Source: a virus (Duplodnaviria; Caudoviricetes). From it: a stretch of 48,818 nucleotides of DNA. The stretch is taken from positions 1 through 48,818 of IMG/VR virus record IMGVR_UViG_3300020403_000019; one strand, written 5' to 3'. The notes under the pieces were generated by a model that ran no database searches, was not told where the DNA came from, and was given only the letters and a program-made list of their open reading frames with translations. Shown here piece by piece: positions 15,047 to 22,997 of this stretch. A program made the translations under genes and the position numbers. The stretch's first letter is position 1. Each line of letters opens with the position of its first letter.

Positions 15047-16966
15047 TTAACCCTCACAAGCAGCACATTCTTTGTACTCAGACGCAGCTTCCGCATTGTT
15101 AAGATGTCCCGCAAGATCAGTGTATCCCCCAATATAGTTTCCATCAAGCCAGATTTGCGGAACGGTCTTATATGGAAAGTCTTCCACGGCCGATCTGTCA
15201 ATTTCTTGGTAGGGAATTTCATTCTGAGTTAAAAGGGCCTTGGCTCTTACGCAATAGGGACAATCACTCTTGGTAATTATCTTTGCTCTTTGTTCTGCCA
15301 CCTTCGGAGCCTTCTTTTTCACAAGGAGAGAAGAGCTCTTTAAATAATATAAACTCTTAAGGCCTTGTTTCCATGCGCTAAGGTGAAGCTTGAAGATGTA
15401 ATCAGGAGAAGCCTCTGGATCCACAAATAGATTGACAGATTGACCTTGGCAGACATACGGTTGACGATCTGCCGATTGCTTAATGATCTCAAACTGATCA
15501 ATCTCTCGAGCAGTACGATATAGTTTCTTCTGTGAGTCAGTTAAAAAGTCTAGATGTTGTACTGACCCACGAGCCTCTAGAATACTTTCCCAAACTTCTT
15601 CAGTGTTCTTATTCAGAGAATCTAAGAGAGCTACGAGATAAGGATTCTTGCGAACAAATGTCCCTTTAGCTTGCTTAGCCACATAGTAATTTGCGTCAAT
15701 AGGCTCGATGCCTTGAGACACTGCACCTGAGATCACAGAATTAGACCTAGTCGGCGCGATGGCGATCAAATGGGTGTGTCGCCTTCCGTTGCCTTCGCAC
15801 CATTCAGGCTCTCCATACTCCACAGCCATCTGCTTAGAGGCCTTTTCTGCCTTATCTTTAATGAACTTATGACATTCAATATTGAGTTGGCGCGCTTCAG
15901 CGGACTCGAACGCGTATCCTCTGTTCTGATACAGTGCATGAAGTCCCATTGTACCGATGCCTAACGCCCTTGATTTCCTAGCAAAACGTACACTTCTACC
16001 CATTGAAGGAAGTCGTTCTGCTTTCTTAATAAACTCCTCCACAACAGCGTCTAGCAGATAGGTTGCGAGTTCTGGTACGGTCTTGCCTGTATTGCTTCCC
16101 GTCCAAGTCTTCCACTCGTCGTATTTAGATAGGTTGAGGGAACTAAGTACGCATACAAAAGAATGATCTTCGTCGGTATGTAGGAAGATCTCAGAGCAAA
16201 GATTAGAGGTGCTTACCTCAAGACCTCTTTGGTGGTAGCATTCTGGGTTTTGACGATTGGCGTTATCGATATAGACGATATAAGGAGAACCAGACACCAT
16301 GCGAATCTTAAGGACCTCGCCAAAGAGCTTCTGTTTCTCTCGATCACCAGCAATCATTGCTTTAACAAACTCATCGTCTACAGTTACTGCAATGTTACTA
16401 TCAACAAACTTACGAGGATCACCTTGAGAATGATCTTTAGAGCGGAGGAGTTCTGGTAGATCTGGATGAGTGATCGGCATATAGATAGCAAAGCTACCAC
16501 GTCTCACGCCACCTTGGCTTACCACACTTGCAGCCAGGTCGTATTGTTGTGCCCACGGAACTACACCAGTGCTCTTACCTCCAGAGCTGATAGGTGCTCC
16601 GGCAGGACGGATGTCGCCGAAATATACACCAACTCCTCCACCGTTTTTAGACAGTGCAGCTACCTCCTTCAAATGTGAGTAGATAGACTGCACAGAATCA
16701 GATAGATGAACAGAATAGCAAGAGATGGGGAGGCCGCGAGGAGTACCGAAATTAGCAGCAACCGGAGTCGCGAGTCCAATGTATCCATTCCAAAGAGCCT
16801 CCAATAGGTCCTGAGCAATATCTTCTCTTTTCAGAATGCGGGCAGCATTGTTAGCAACTCTTTCCCACATTCCTCGTGGTGTTTCTGCTTGCCAAAGATA
16901 ACCGCGCGACAAAGTATCAACGGCTTCCTGGCTCATCCATTCAGGAACCTGTAGTGTCATATTCAA
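15047..16966 (-). CDS. nrdA: Class Ia ribonucleotide reductase alpha subunit with C-terminal glutaredoxin domain
   Basis: ISCY, SNLCSEI, IAPT, LKSLYY; then CPYC...TVPQI...YIGGY (Grx); terminal ECAACEG; no ATP cone. Confidence 0.95.
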   Translation of the reverse strand: MNMTLQVPEWMSQEAVDTLSRGYLWQAETPRGMWERVANNAARILKREDIAQDLLEALWNGYIGLATPVAANFGTPRGLPISCYSVHLSDSVQSIYSHLKEVAALSKNGGGVGVYFGDIRPAGAPISSGGKSTGVVPWAQQYDLAASVVSQGGVRRGSFAIYMPITHPDLPELLRSKDHSQGDPRKFVDSNIAVTVDDEFVKAMIAGDREKQKLFGEVLKIRMVSGSPYIVYIDNANRQNPECYHQRGLEVSTSNLCSEIFLHTDEDHSFVCVLSSLNLSKYDEWKTWTGSNTGKTVPELATYLLDAVVEEFIKKAERLPSMGRSVRFARKSRALGIGTMGLHALYQNRGYAFESAEARQLNIECHKFIKDKAEKASKQMAVEYGEPEWCEGNGRRHTHLIAIAPTRSNSVISGAVSQGIEPIDANYYVAKQAKGTFVRKNPYLVALLDSLNKNTEEVWESILEARGSVQHLDFLTDSQKKLYRTAREIDQFEIIKQSADRQPYVCQGQSVNLFVDPEASPDYIFKLHLSAWKQGLKSLYYLKSSSLLVKKKAPKVAEQRAKIITKSDCPYCVRAKALLTQNEIPYQEIDRSAVEDFPYKTVPQIWLDGNYIGGYTDLAGHLNNAEAASEYKECAACEG

Positions 16967-16981
16967 GGTGATTCGTAGTCT

Positions 16982-16990
16982 ATTATATCA
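16982..16990 (-). promoter_or_regulatory. Extended -10 promoter (TGATATAAT) for nrdA
   Basis: TTTGATATAATA upstream of the nrdA start. Confidence 0.55.
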
Positions 16991-17020
16991 AAAATTTTCT
17001 ATCTTTAATCGATAGATTTA

Positions 17021-17380
17021 TTATTTGTCGATCAATCCGTCGTCGTAAGCGTCTTGGGTGTTCTCCTCACGAGTACCCCACTTAAGATTAGAGATCTTAT
17101 TGTCCTGTCCGTTATTGTTCTTATGCATGATGACAGGGTTGCCAGAGGGCTTGGGAGGGCCAAAGAGATCCATCACCATCTGATGGACCTTAGGCTCTTC
17201 TCTCTTGCCATCGTAGGTTAGATTGACTCTGTAGTGGCCACGGTCATCGTCGCGAAGAGCACGGATTTCTCCGTCTCGTCTTACGCGTCCCTTATTACTA
17301 ACAAAGTATGGAGACTTTTTCCATTGTTTCCATTCTTCGCCATAATCAGACCAACCCTCTGGTACTTCGTAGTTGCTCAT
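17021..17380 (-). CDS. NUMOD4-HNH homing-endonuclease-like protein
   Basis: EEWK...YFVSNKGRVR; VHQMV...HKNNNGQDNKISNLKWGTREEN. Confidence 0.85.
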   Translation of the reverse strand: MSNYEVPEGWSDYGEEWKQWKKSPYFVSNKGRVRRDGEIRALRDDDRGHYRVNLTYDGKREEPKVHQMVMDLFGPPKPSGNPVIMHKNNNGQDNKISNLKWGTREENTQDAYDDGLIDK

Positions 17381-17532
17381 GTGTTCCAGTATTCTAGATA
17401 ATTATCCTTGTGCTTTTTTCTTGCTCTTGCCTCTTGGATATATACATCAGCTTGTGGGTCTGTAATCAAATACAAACTACCAGTTGCTTTCTGTAGTAGT
17501 TCCTTGTTTACGTCAGGAGTTCTTGGTTTCAT
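17377..17532 (-). CDS. Small hypothetical protein, 51 aa (MKPRTPDVNKELLQKATGSLYLITDPQADVYIQEARARKKHKDNYLEYWNT)
   Basis: Hand translation; ATGA overlap with the HNH start. Confidence 0.65.
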   Translation of the reverse strand: MKPRTPDVNKELLQKATGSLYLITDPQADVYIQEARARKKHKDNYLEYWNT

Positions 17533-17659
17533 TGTATCTAGCTCTGTTGATTAAATAAAAGTCCTCGGCCGTTTCTCCATCAGCGAAGTAATGCGCACGA
17601 CCGTCGTACTCAACAATCCATTTTTTAAGCTTCGGTTCGAAGCGAGGTTGGGTGATCAT
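17513..17659 (-). CDS. Small hypothetical protein, 48 aa (MITQPRFEPKLKKWIVEYDGRAHYFADGETAEDFYLINRARYNETKNS)
   Basis: Hand translation; ATGA overlap with the nrdB stop. Confidence 0.65.
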   Translation of the reverse strand: MITQPRFEPKLKKWIVEYDGRAHYFADGETAEDFYLINRARYNETKNS

Positions 17660-18651
17660 ACAAGAGAAAGTTCTAAAGATGTTAGGTCTACTGACATAAA
17701 ATCTTGCGAAATCTTTGAAGAGTAGTTAGATCCGTCTCTGGATTGGGCAAAGAAGTCGTTGCTACTTGCCCCTCTAATTGTAGGATCAAACCACGCTGCA
17801 ATGGATTTGGCTTTTGATAGTTCCTCAGTAGAGAGTTTGAAAATTTGATCCAGGCCAAGAAGGCAAAGGCGTTCGTTTGCACGATTCCTTATGTAAGCCT
17901 TCAACTCTTGGGCATCGATAGTGGTTAGTTTGTAACCATTAAAGATATTATCAATAAACTTCTCCTCGTTGTCAACAACTAACCGGAAACCTTCATAAAC
18001 TGCCTCCTCTTCTTCGGCTGTGAGGCCGGTTTCTTCTACGAGATACCTGAACAACTTACAACCAGCTTCGGAATGGATCTGTTCGTCGATGGCGGACCAC
18101 GAAATGATCTGGCTCAAACCCTTATAACGTCCGTCCTTATTGAAGCTTAAGAGTACTGAAAAAGAGCTAAATAGACTTACTCCTTCTCCTGCACCAGAAA
18201 ATACCCCTAAGGAGACTTTATCAGAGTAGTTATCGAAGAAAGTCTCGACCTTCTTTCTAGCTACCTCGTCGTTGATGAAAGCATCGTACTCATCGAGTCC
18301 TAGTACATCATTGAGATAAGAATACGCGCCCGCATGGATTGTCTCAAAGAAACTAAAAGCTCGTGCCATGGACTGCACCTCGGGCTTAGGGAAGATAGAG
18401 CAAACTTTATCAGCCCAGTAGCAACCGATACCCAATTCTGCACTAACAAATCCTTTAAGGATACCTGCAATTACATTGCGCTCTTCTGGAGTAGAGTTAA
18501 ATTGCCAGTCGCGCAGATCAGACTCCATTGCGACTTCTTGATGGCGCCATACGCTAGCCACGGCTTTCTCATAGTACTCATAAAATTCTGGAAAATCAAA
18601 CCCTCCGTCTTTTTTAAATAACATTGGGTCGTGCTCGAGAATACTGGTCAT
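17656..18651 (-). CDS. nrdB: Ribonucleotide reductase beta subunit
   Basis: W...EV, FETIHAGAY, EGVSLFSSF, DEQIHS, DFFA...NY motifs. Likely start MTSILEH at 18651, right after the upstream stop (ORF track starts at 18735). Confidence 0.92.
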   Translation of the reverse strand: MTSILEHDPMLFKKDGGFDFPEFYEYYEKAVASVWRHQEVAMESDLRDWQFNSTPEERNVIAGILKGFVSAELGIGCYWADKVCSIFPKPEVQSMARAFSFFETIHAGAYSYLNDVLGLDEYDAFINDEVARKKVETFFDNYSDKVSLGVFSGAGEGVSLFSSFSVLLSFNKDGRYKGLSQIISWSAIDEQIHSEAGCKLFRYLVEETGLTAEEEEAVYEGFRLVVDNEEKFIDNIFNGYKLTTIDAQELKAYIRNRANERLCLLGLDQIFKLSTEELSKAKSIAAWFDPTIRGASSNDFFAQSRDGSNYSSKISQDFMSVDLTSLELSLV

Positions 18652-18652
18652 A

Positions 18653-19387
18653 TTAATTACTGTAGATGTTGATTTCGTGATTAAGGGCGTTGTAGACTCC
18701 GATGGTTCCGTCAGTTCCGTGGCCACCTGGATCATTTACTACACAGTTATCGGTAACAATTGTTTGTTCCCAATGTCCTGCGCATAAAACATGGTTATCG
18801 ACCGCACCTCGTTTTGTTGGATTACGCCAGAAGCCAATATATTTACTATACTTCTTTCCTTGATACAGCCAGCTAGTTTTGATACCTCTAAGAGTACGAT
18901 TTACTTCGTCTGGAGATAGAGTTGAGGGGTCTTTGTAATTTAGTTTGCGATCATGGAATGCATGAGCAATGTGATAATGCTTTCCGTTATCCAAAGTGTA
19001 GCTGACTCCTAGAGGGCGGGAATCTAGCCATTCTATCATGTCCTTTCGGTACTCTTCTTCTAGTTCATCAAGTTCTGCAAGGGTATGCTTGAAGCCCATA
19101 ATACTTTTCCGAACTTTCCTTCTTTCAAGATAGTGGTCACAAAGATTTTCGGAATGATTTGAATGGACGAGAGTAGCATAGCCTTCGTCACAGAGCTGAC
19201 GAACAAGTTTGTAGATTTTTTCGAAGCTGCATTTATCTTGATATGACTTATCTCGGCAGTCGTTGAGATCTCCGAGAAATACAAGATGGGCTCCGTTGTT
19301 GAGCTGAGGTGTAAGCTTCTCAATAAGCCTGGAAAGAGCATCGTCTCGTGAATGGATGTCTGAAATCAGAAGGATGTTTTCCGGCAT
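18653..19387 (-). CDS. Calcineurin-like metallophosphoesterase
   Basis: ISDIH, FLGDLND, SNHS, AHA and GHW motifs. Confidence 0.8.
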   Translation of the reverse strand: MPENILLISDIHSRDDALSRLIEKLTPQLNNGAHLVFLGDLNDCRDKSYQDKCSFEKIYKLVRQLCDEGYATLVHSNHSENLCDHYLERRKVRKSIMGFKHTLAELDELEEEYRKDMIEWLDSRPLGVSYTLDNGKHYHIAHAFHDRKLNYKDPSTLSPDEVNRTLRGIKTSWLYQGKKYSKYIGFWRNPTKRGAVDNHVLCAGHWEQTIVTDNCVVNDPGGHGTDGTIGVYNALNHEINIYSN

Positions 19388-19408
19388 GGAGTATAGGCTA
19401 AGAATTTT

Positions 19409-19417
19409 ATTCTATCA
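19409..19417 (-). promoter_or_regulatory. Extended -10 promoter (TGATAGAAT)
   Basis: About 21 nt upstream of the phosphoesterase start. Confidence 0.5.
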
Positions 19418-19500
19418 CGACCTAGCTCAGATGTATATGGCTGTTAGCCACTGGGTAAACCGACCATGTTTTTATTTTGTGCGGTAACTTGCCTTTAAAC

Positions 19501-19536
19501 AAAAAAATCCCCGTAACATCAGTTACAGGGAAAAAA
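19501..19536. terminator. Intrinsic terminator after the SSB-like gene
   Basis: Minus strand TCCCTGTAAC-TGAT-GTTACGGGGA followed by T7; immediately followed by GTTTAAAG (19500-19493). Confidence 0.8.
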
Positions 19537-19558
19537 CAACTAAGATTTTATTTTGTTA

Positions 19559-20485
19559 TCAGAAGTCGAGATTCAGATCTTCTTCAGAGCTTTCTTGCTG
19601 TGCAAGGAGCAGAGTTGAGCGGATACGAATACGACCGTTATCCATTTCCTCTTTGCTACGCAGAGTCAGCGTTGCGGGCTTGTCTGGAGTGATCTCAGGC
19701 TTGGTTGCCAAGAGAGGACGGATGGAGCTATGAGCCCATGCGCCTGCAATGTTACCCTCTTCAGGAGTGTTATTGATCAAGATACGATAGGTCAAGCCGT
19801 AGGAAGTCTTGCAAGGATAGTATCCGATGACTTCGTAGGGAGTGTTGATATCAAGCTCACGGAAATCAATTTCATCAGTGGCTTCGATACGATTACCACC
19901 ACCAGAACCTTTGGCAGTGACTTTCTGGAGCAGGCCGACAATGTCAGCAGGCTTCTTCTTGACCAAGGCGTTCATTGCTTTAGGCTCGACAGGATTTTCC
20001 CAGTCAGTGAACCGAACAGCAACAGGAAGAACGGTTTGTCCGTCTTCTACATCGACCGCCATGAAGAGCGCGGCGTCTTCGCCACGACCCGAGAAGTTAT
20101 AGGAACCAAACTCGGCTTCAATCTCTCGGCCATCAGTGGTCTTGAAACCATTCTTATCAAGCTGGAGAGGGATGAATCGAGGACCCCACTGAACGTAGAG
20201 TTCGCCGTCCTTAGTGCCTTCAACGCCTTCTGCACCGACTTTGAGAACCGGGCCGAAGAGACGGAAATAAATGCTATCACGAGATTTAATGAGGAAAGTA
20301 TTTTCATCCAGAGGAAGTTCCTCAGTAGTAAGATACTGGAAGACAGTATCGAGGTCCTTACGCATTCCCTTAGGGAGGTTGGCGTTAGGAAGAGAAGTGT
20401 ACTCACTGGTATACTCACGACCTGCAAGCGGAGCTAGGGAAGGTGCGTTAGTAGAAATATCAATTGTGTTAATTTGGAAAGACAT
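19559..20485 (-). CDS. Probable single-stranded DNA-binding / replication accessory protein
   Basis: 308 aa, beta-rich, acidic C-terminal tail ending EEDLNLDF; own consensus promoter, AAAGGA SD and terminator. Function inferred only. Confidence 0.5.
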   Translation of the reverse strand: MSFQINTIDISTNAPSLAPLAGREYTSEYTSLPNANLPKGMRKDLDTVFQYLTTEELPLDENTFLIKSRDSIYFRLFGPVLKVGAEGVEGTKDGELYVQWGPRFIPLQLDKNGFKTTDGREIEAEFGSYNFSGRGEDAALFMAVDVEDGQTVLPVAVRFTDWENPVEPKAMNALVKKKPADIVGLLQKVTAKGSGGGNRIEATDEIDFRELDINTPYEVIGYYPCKTSYGLTYRILINNTPEEGNIAGAWAHSSIRPLLATKPEITPDKPATLTLRSKEEMDNGRIRIRSTLLLAQQESSEEDLNLDF

Positions 20486-20545
20486 GTTAAGTTCCTTTGA
20501 GTGAATGTGTCCTTTGGAGTAAGATCTCTCTTAGCTCACTTAGAT

Positions 20546-20574
20546 ATTATATCATGGGAGGAGACAGGTGTCAA
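20546..20574 (-). promoter_or_regulatory. Perfect sigma70 promoter
   Basis: TTGACA-N17-TATAAT with extended TG. Confidence 0.85.
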
Positions 20575-20593
20575 CCCCACATAGCTCTTTAAC

Positions 20594-20896
20594 CTATTTC
20601 TTTAGATCGTAGATATATGTCTTTGCTTCAAGCTTGATCTCATAGAGTTGCTTTGAGAACGGATTCAATGGGCAAAGAGGTGGTATATAAAGTATTAGCG
20701 TTTCCCCTATCCAGAGCTGGCGCTCGAACGGACATTTGTCTGGGATAGCATTAACCCACTTATACGCAAGCTTCTTGCTCCATCTCTTTGGCTTGAGATA
20801 AGGTAAATAAAATTTAGGCAAGCGGTCTCCAAATTTGCCCCACCATCGCGGCGCACGGGCCCGTCTCCCGCTTGCGGATCTAGTTGTAATCATCAC
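20594..20896 (-). CDS. Mo-dependent nitrogenase C-terminal-like domain protein
   Basis: IPDKCPFERQL...IPPLCPLNPF..QL..IK..A pattern of this cyanobacterial family. Confidence 0.75.
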   Translation of the reverse strand: MMITTRSASGRRARAPRWWGKFGDRLPKFYLPYLKPKRWSKKLAYKWVNAIPDKCPFERQLWIGETLILYIPPLCPLNPFSKQLYEIKLEAKTYIYDLKK

Positions 20897-22995
20897 TAAT
20901 ACGAAAGGTTAATCGGTAGAGAAGATGCTGCGTTAATTTTAGTATCTATTGTACCAGGAAGGAGGGCGCCTGAGTGATCTTTCAACTCGCAAATACCTGT
21001 TCCGGCTGTGGCTAGACCTGTGGCAGAAGTTCGTGTAGTTGGGTTCCTGAATCTTATCTTATCACTATGTTCGTCGTAGTCAATAAGACTTCTGCCATCA
21101 ACAGCTCCTAGGTTATCTGCATTGTCTGCAGTTGATGAAGTCACCCATACAAACTTTTCGAGTTCGTCAATAACTCCCATGCCATCTCCGTCGAGACCTG
21201 TGGCGGTTTCTCTTATTGCAACTAACTCGATATCAATGAATTGGTCGTTTGCTCCGTCGTGGTGCCCGTCGCTATATACGGCAGAAGCAGTAGTTCCACC
21301 GGTTTTTGTTACGTATACTTCTTCTGGACAAACAGGCCATTTATGGAATTGAGAATATCCTTCGGTTATACAAGTCGCCGGGATACAAGTTCTAACTTCT
21401 GTGTATGTCTCTGTAACATTACCTTCGGCATCGGTAGTTGTAACAGGGCCAGTTATTGTTACGGACTCACCAGTGAAGTAGCAACGAGTTGGCTCTGGAT
21501 CAGGTGTAGAAGAAAACACGAAGTCTACTGTGCTACTGCCATCTATATTGTAGAAATACCATTCTCGATCGCTGACATTAGCGGCGCCAGCCGCGTAAGA
21601 TTCAGAAGCAGAAGGCCTAGAATAAGGAGTTCCACCAAGCGCTCCGCCGCCTGGGTTTTTTATATCAGAACAGCTTGCGGTCATAGCAAGGCTATTTGCC
21701 CAACCCGCTCTCTTCTCGTAAGTTACTTTAATTGTAATAAGCTTATTCTTCATTGATCTAGCCGAAGCTGTATCGGGTAGATTTAATTTTTGCCTTAATG
21801 CTCGTCCTGCTGCGCCTGCTGGTATGTCTGTAAATGTAAGAGATACTTTTCTCTTATTACCGGGGTCTCGATCTAAGGACATTACACCACCTGGATCAAG
21901 GTTGGTGGTCGGGGCTGGTGAGCAAGTTGGTATGTAGCTAGGACCCCAGCCATTGCTCCAAGGAGTGTTTTCTCTACGATTACAAACCGTACTACTAGGA
22001 ACCGTCACAACAGTTGGATCACCTGTTCCAGGATCAGTGGTTGGTTCTGGATCTTCGTCGTCTGGGGCAGGGCCTGTAAGAACAATGCTTTTTACGCTTT
22101 TAATCTCTACAAGAGTGTTCTTGCGATCTCCTCCTCCGGTTTTATCACCATTGCAATTATCTTGCAACAAGATAGCTTTGTTATTCTTATAGAAATTATT
22201 ACCGTCTCTATCCGTGCTGGTTAACTTTATCTCTGTAGCTTTTCCTTCAAACTTTATCCCATAGAAGCTTTTTTTACCCGGCTGTACTGTTCTTGTTATA
22301 TAGATAGTATCGTTATCATTTACGTCCTTATCACCATAGTTTCCGCTTCCTTTCTGTACTTTGATTTTCGTCAGAGAAGGTTTTTTATTGAATTCAACGG
22401 CTCTATTGGTAATGCTCATCTCTGCGTTGTTGTCACTTCCATCAGCATCATGGAAATCTAGCCTCTGGTCACCGTTACTAATTTCAGGGATTTTTCTATT
22501 GTCCCAGTTAGAGGTACTACCATTTTTTAAATACTTCTGATAATCAATAGTGTTTCCGCCATCAGTTTGTCCTTCTAATGTGTCGAACTTATAGAAAGTA
22601 TCATTTCTGTTGACTCTAAGCTCATCGGTCTCTGTCCTACTAGGTGCGTCTCCTTTGTTATAATTTGTGCTAACGTTACCAATATCAAAGTCTACTAATG
22701 CTACTCCGTCGGAGCCGTAGCTATCATCAAAAACCGTCTTAAGATGTATCTTATTATCATGATCGGGATCCATATCGCCAGCTTTTTCTATCCTGATCCC
22801 TAACTCACCACTTGAGTTGGTATCGAACCTAACGCTATCTTCTATAGCTGCTTTGCATTTAGTATAACTATCTCGTCTAGTTACTTTTAACTCTACTTCA
22901 GCACTAACAAAGCCTGAAGGAAGGCTAATGCCCCACTGCCCTGCAACTTGTTTTAATTTTATTTTTTCTTTTACTTCGTCTTTTGTTAATGCCAT
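20896..22995 (-). CDS. Virion structural protein (tail-fibre associated; paralog of 22998-25241)
   Basis: 699 aa; repeated beta domains with DxDGxDxN-type loops; C-terminus similar to its neighbour's. Confidence 0.6.
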   Translation of the reverse strand: MALTKDEVKEKIKLKQVAGQWGISLPSGFVSAEVELKVTRRDSYTKCKAAIEDSVRFDTNSSGELGIRIEKAGDMDPDHDNKIHLKTVFDDSYGSDGVALVDFDIGNVSTNYNKGDAPSRTETDELRVNRNDTFYKFDTLEGQTDGGNTIDYQKYLKNGSTSNWDNRKIPEISNGDQRLDFHDADGSDNNAEMSITNRAVEFNKKPSLTKIKVQKGSGNYGDKDVNDNDTIYITRTVQPGKKSFYGIKFEGKATEIKLTSTDRDGNNFYKNNKAILLQDNCNGDKTGGGDRKNTLVEIKSVKSIVLTGPAPDDEDPEPTTDPGTGDPTVVTVPSSTVCNRRENTPWSNGWGPSYIPTCSPAPTTNLDPGGVMSLDRDPGNKRKVSLTFTDIPAGAAGRALRQKLNLPDTASARSMKNKLITIKVTYEKRAGWANSLAMTASCSDIKNPGGGALGGTPYSRPSASESYAAGAANVSDREWYFYNIDGSSTVDFVFSSTPDPEPTRCYFTGESVTITGPVTTTDAEGNVTETYTEVRTCIPATCITEGYSQFHKWPVCPEEVYVTKTGGTTASAVYSDGHHDGANDQFIDIELVAIRETATGLDGDGMGVIDELEKFVWVTSSTADNADNLGAVDGRSLIDYDEHSDKIRFRNPTTRTSATGLATAGTGICELKDHSGALLPGTIDTKINAASSLPINLSY

Positions 22996-22997
22996 AA

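Noticed and set aside
15047-18651. Intron or intein in the nrd genes (also considered for terL)
   Set aside because: Reading frames are continuous with expected motif spacing; no intein terminal motifs seen; the extra NrdA domain is a glutaredoxin.
18652-18735. N-terminal extension of NrdB in the ORF track
   Set aside because: Overlaps the phosphoesterase C-terminus; the ATG at 18651 directly after its stop is more plausible.
19730-20437. Plus-strand 235-aa ORF
   Set aside because: Antisense to the SSB-like gene; no motif or RBS recognised; explained by the codon bias of the real gene.
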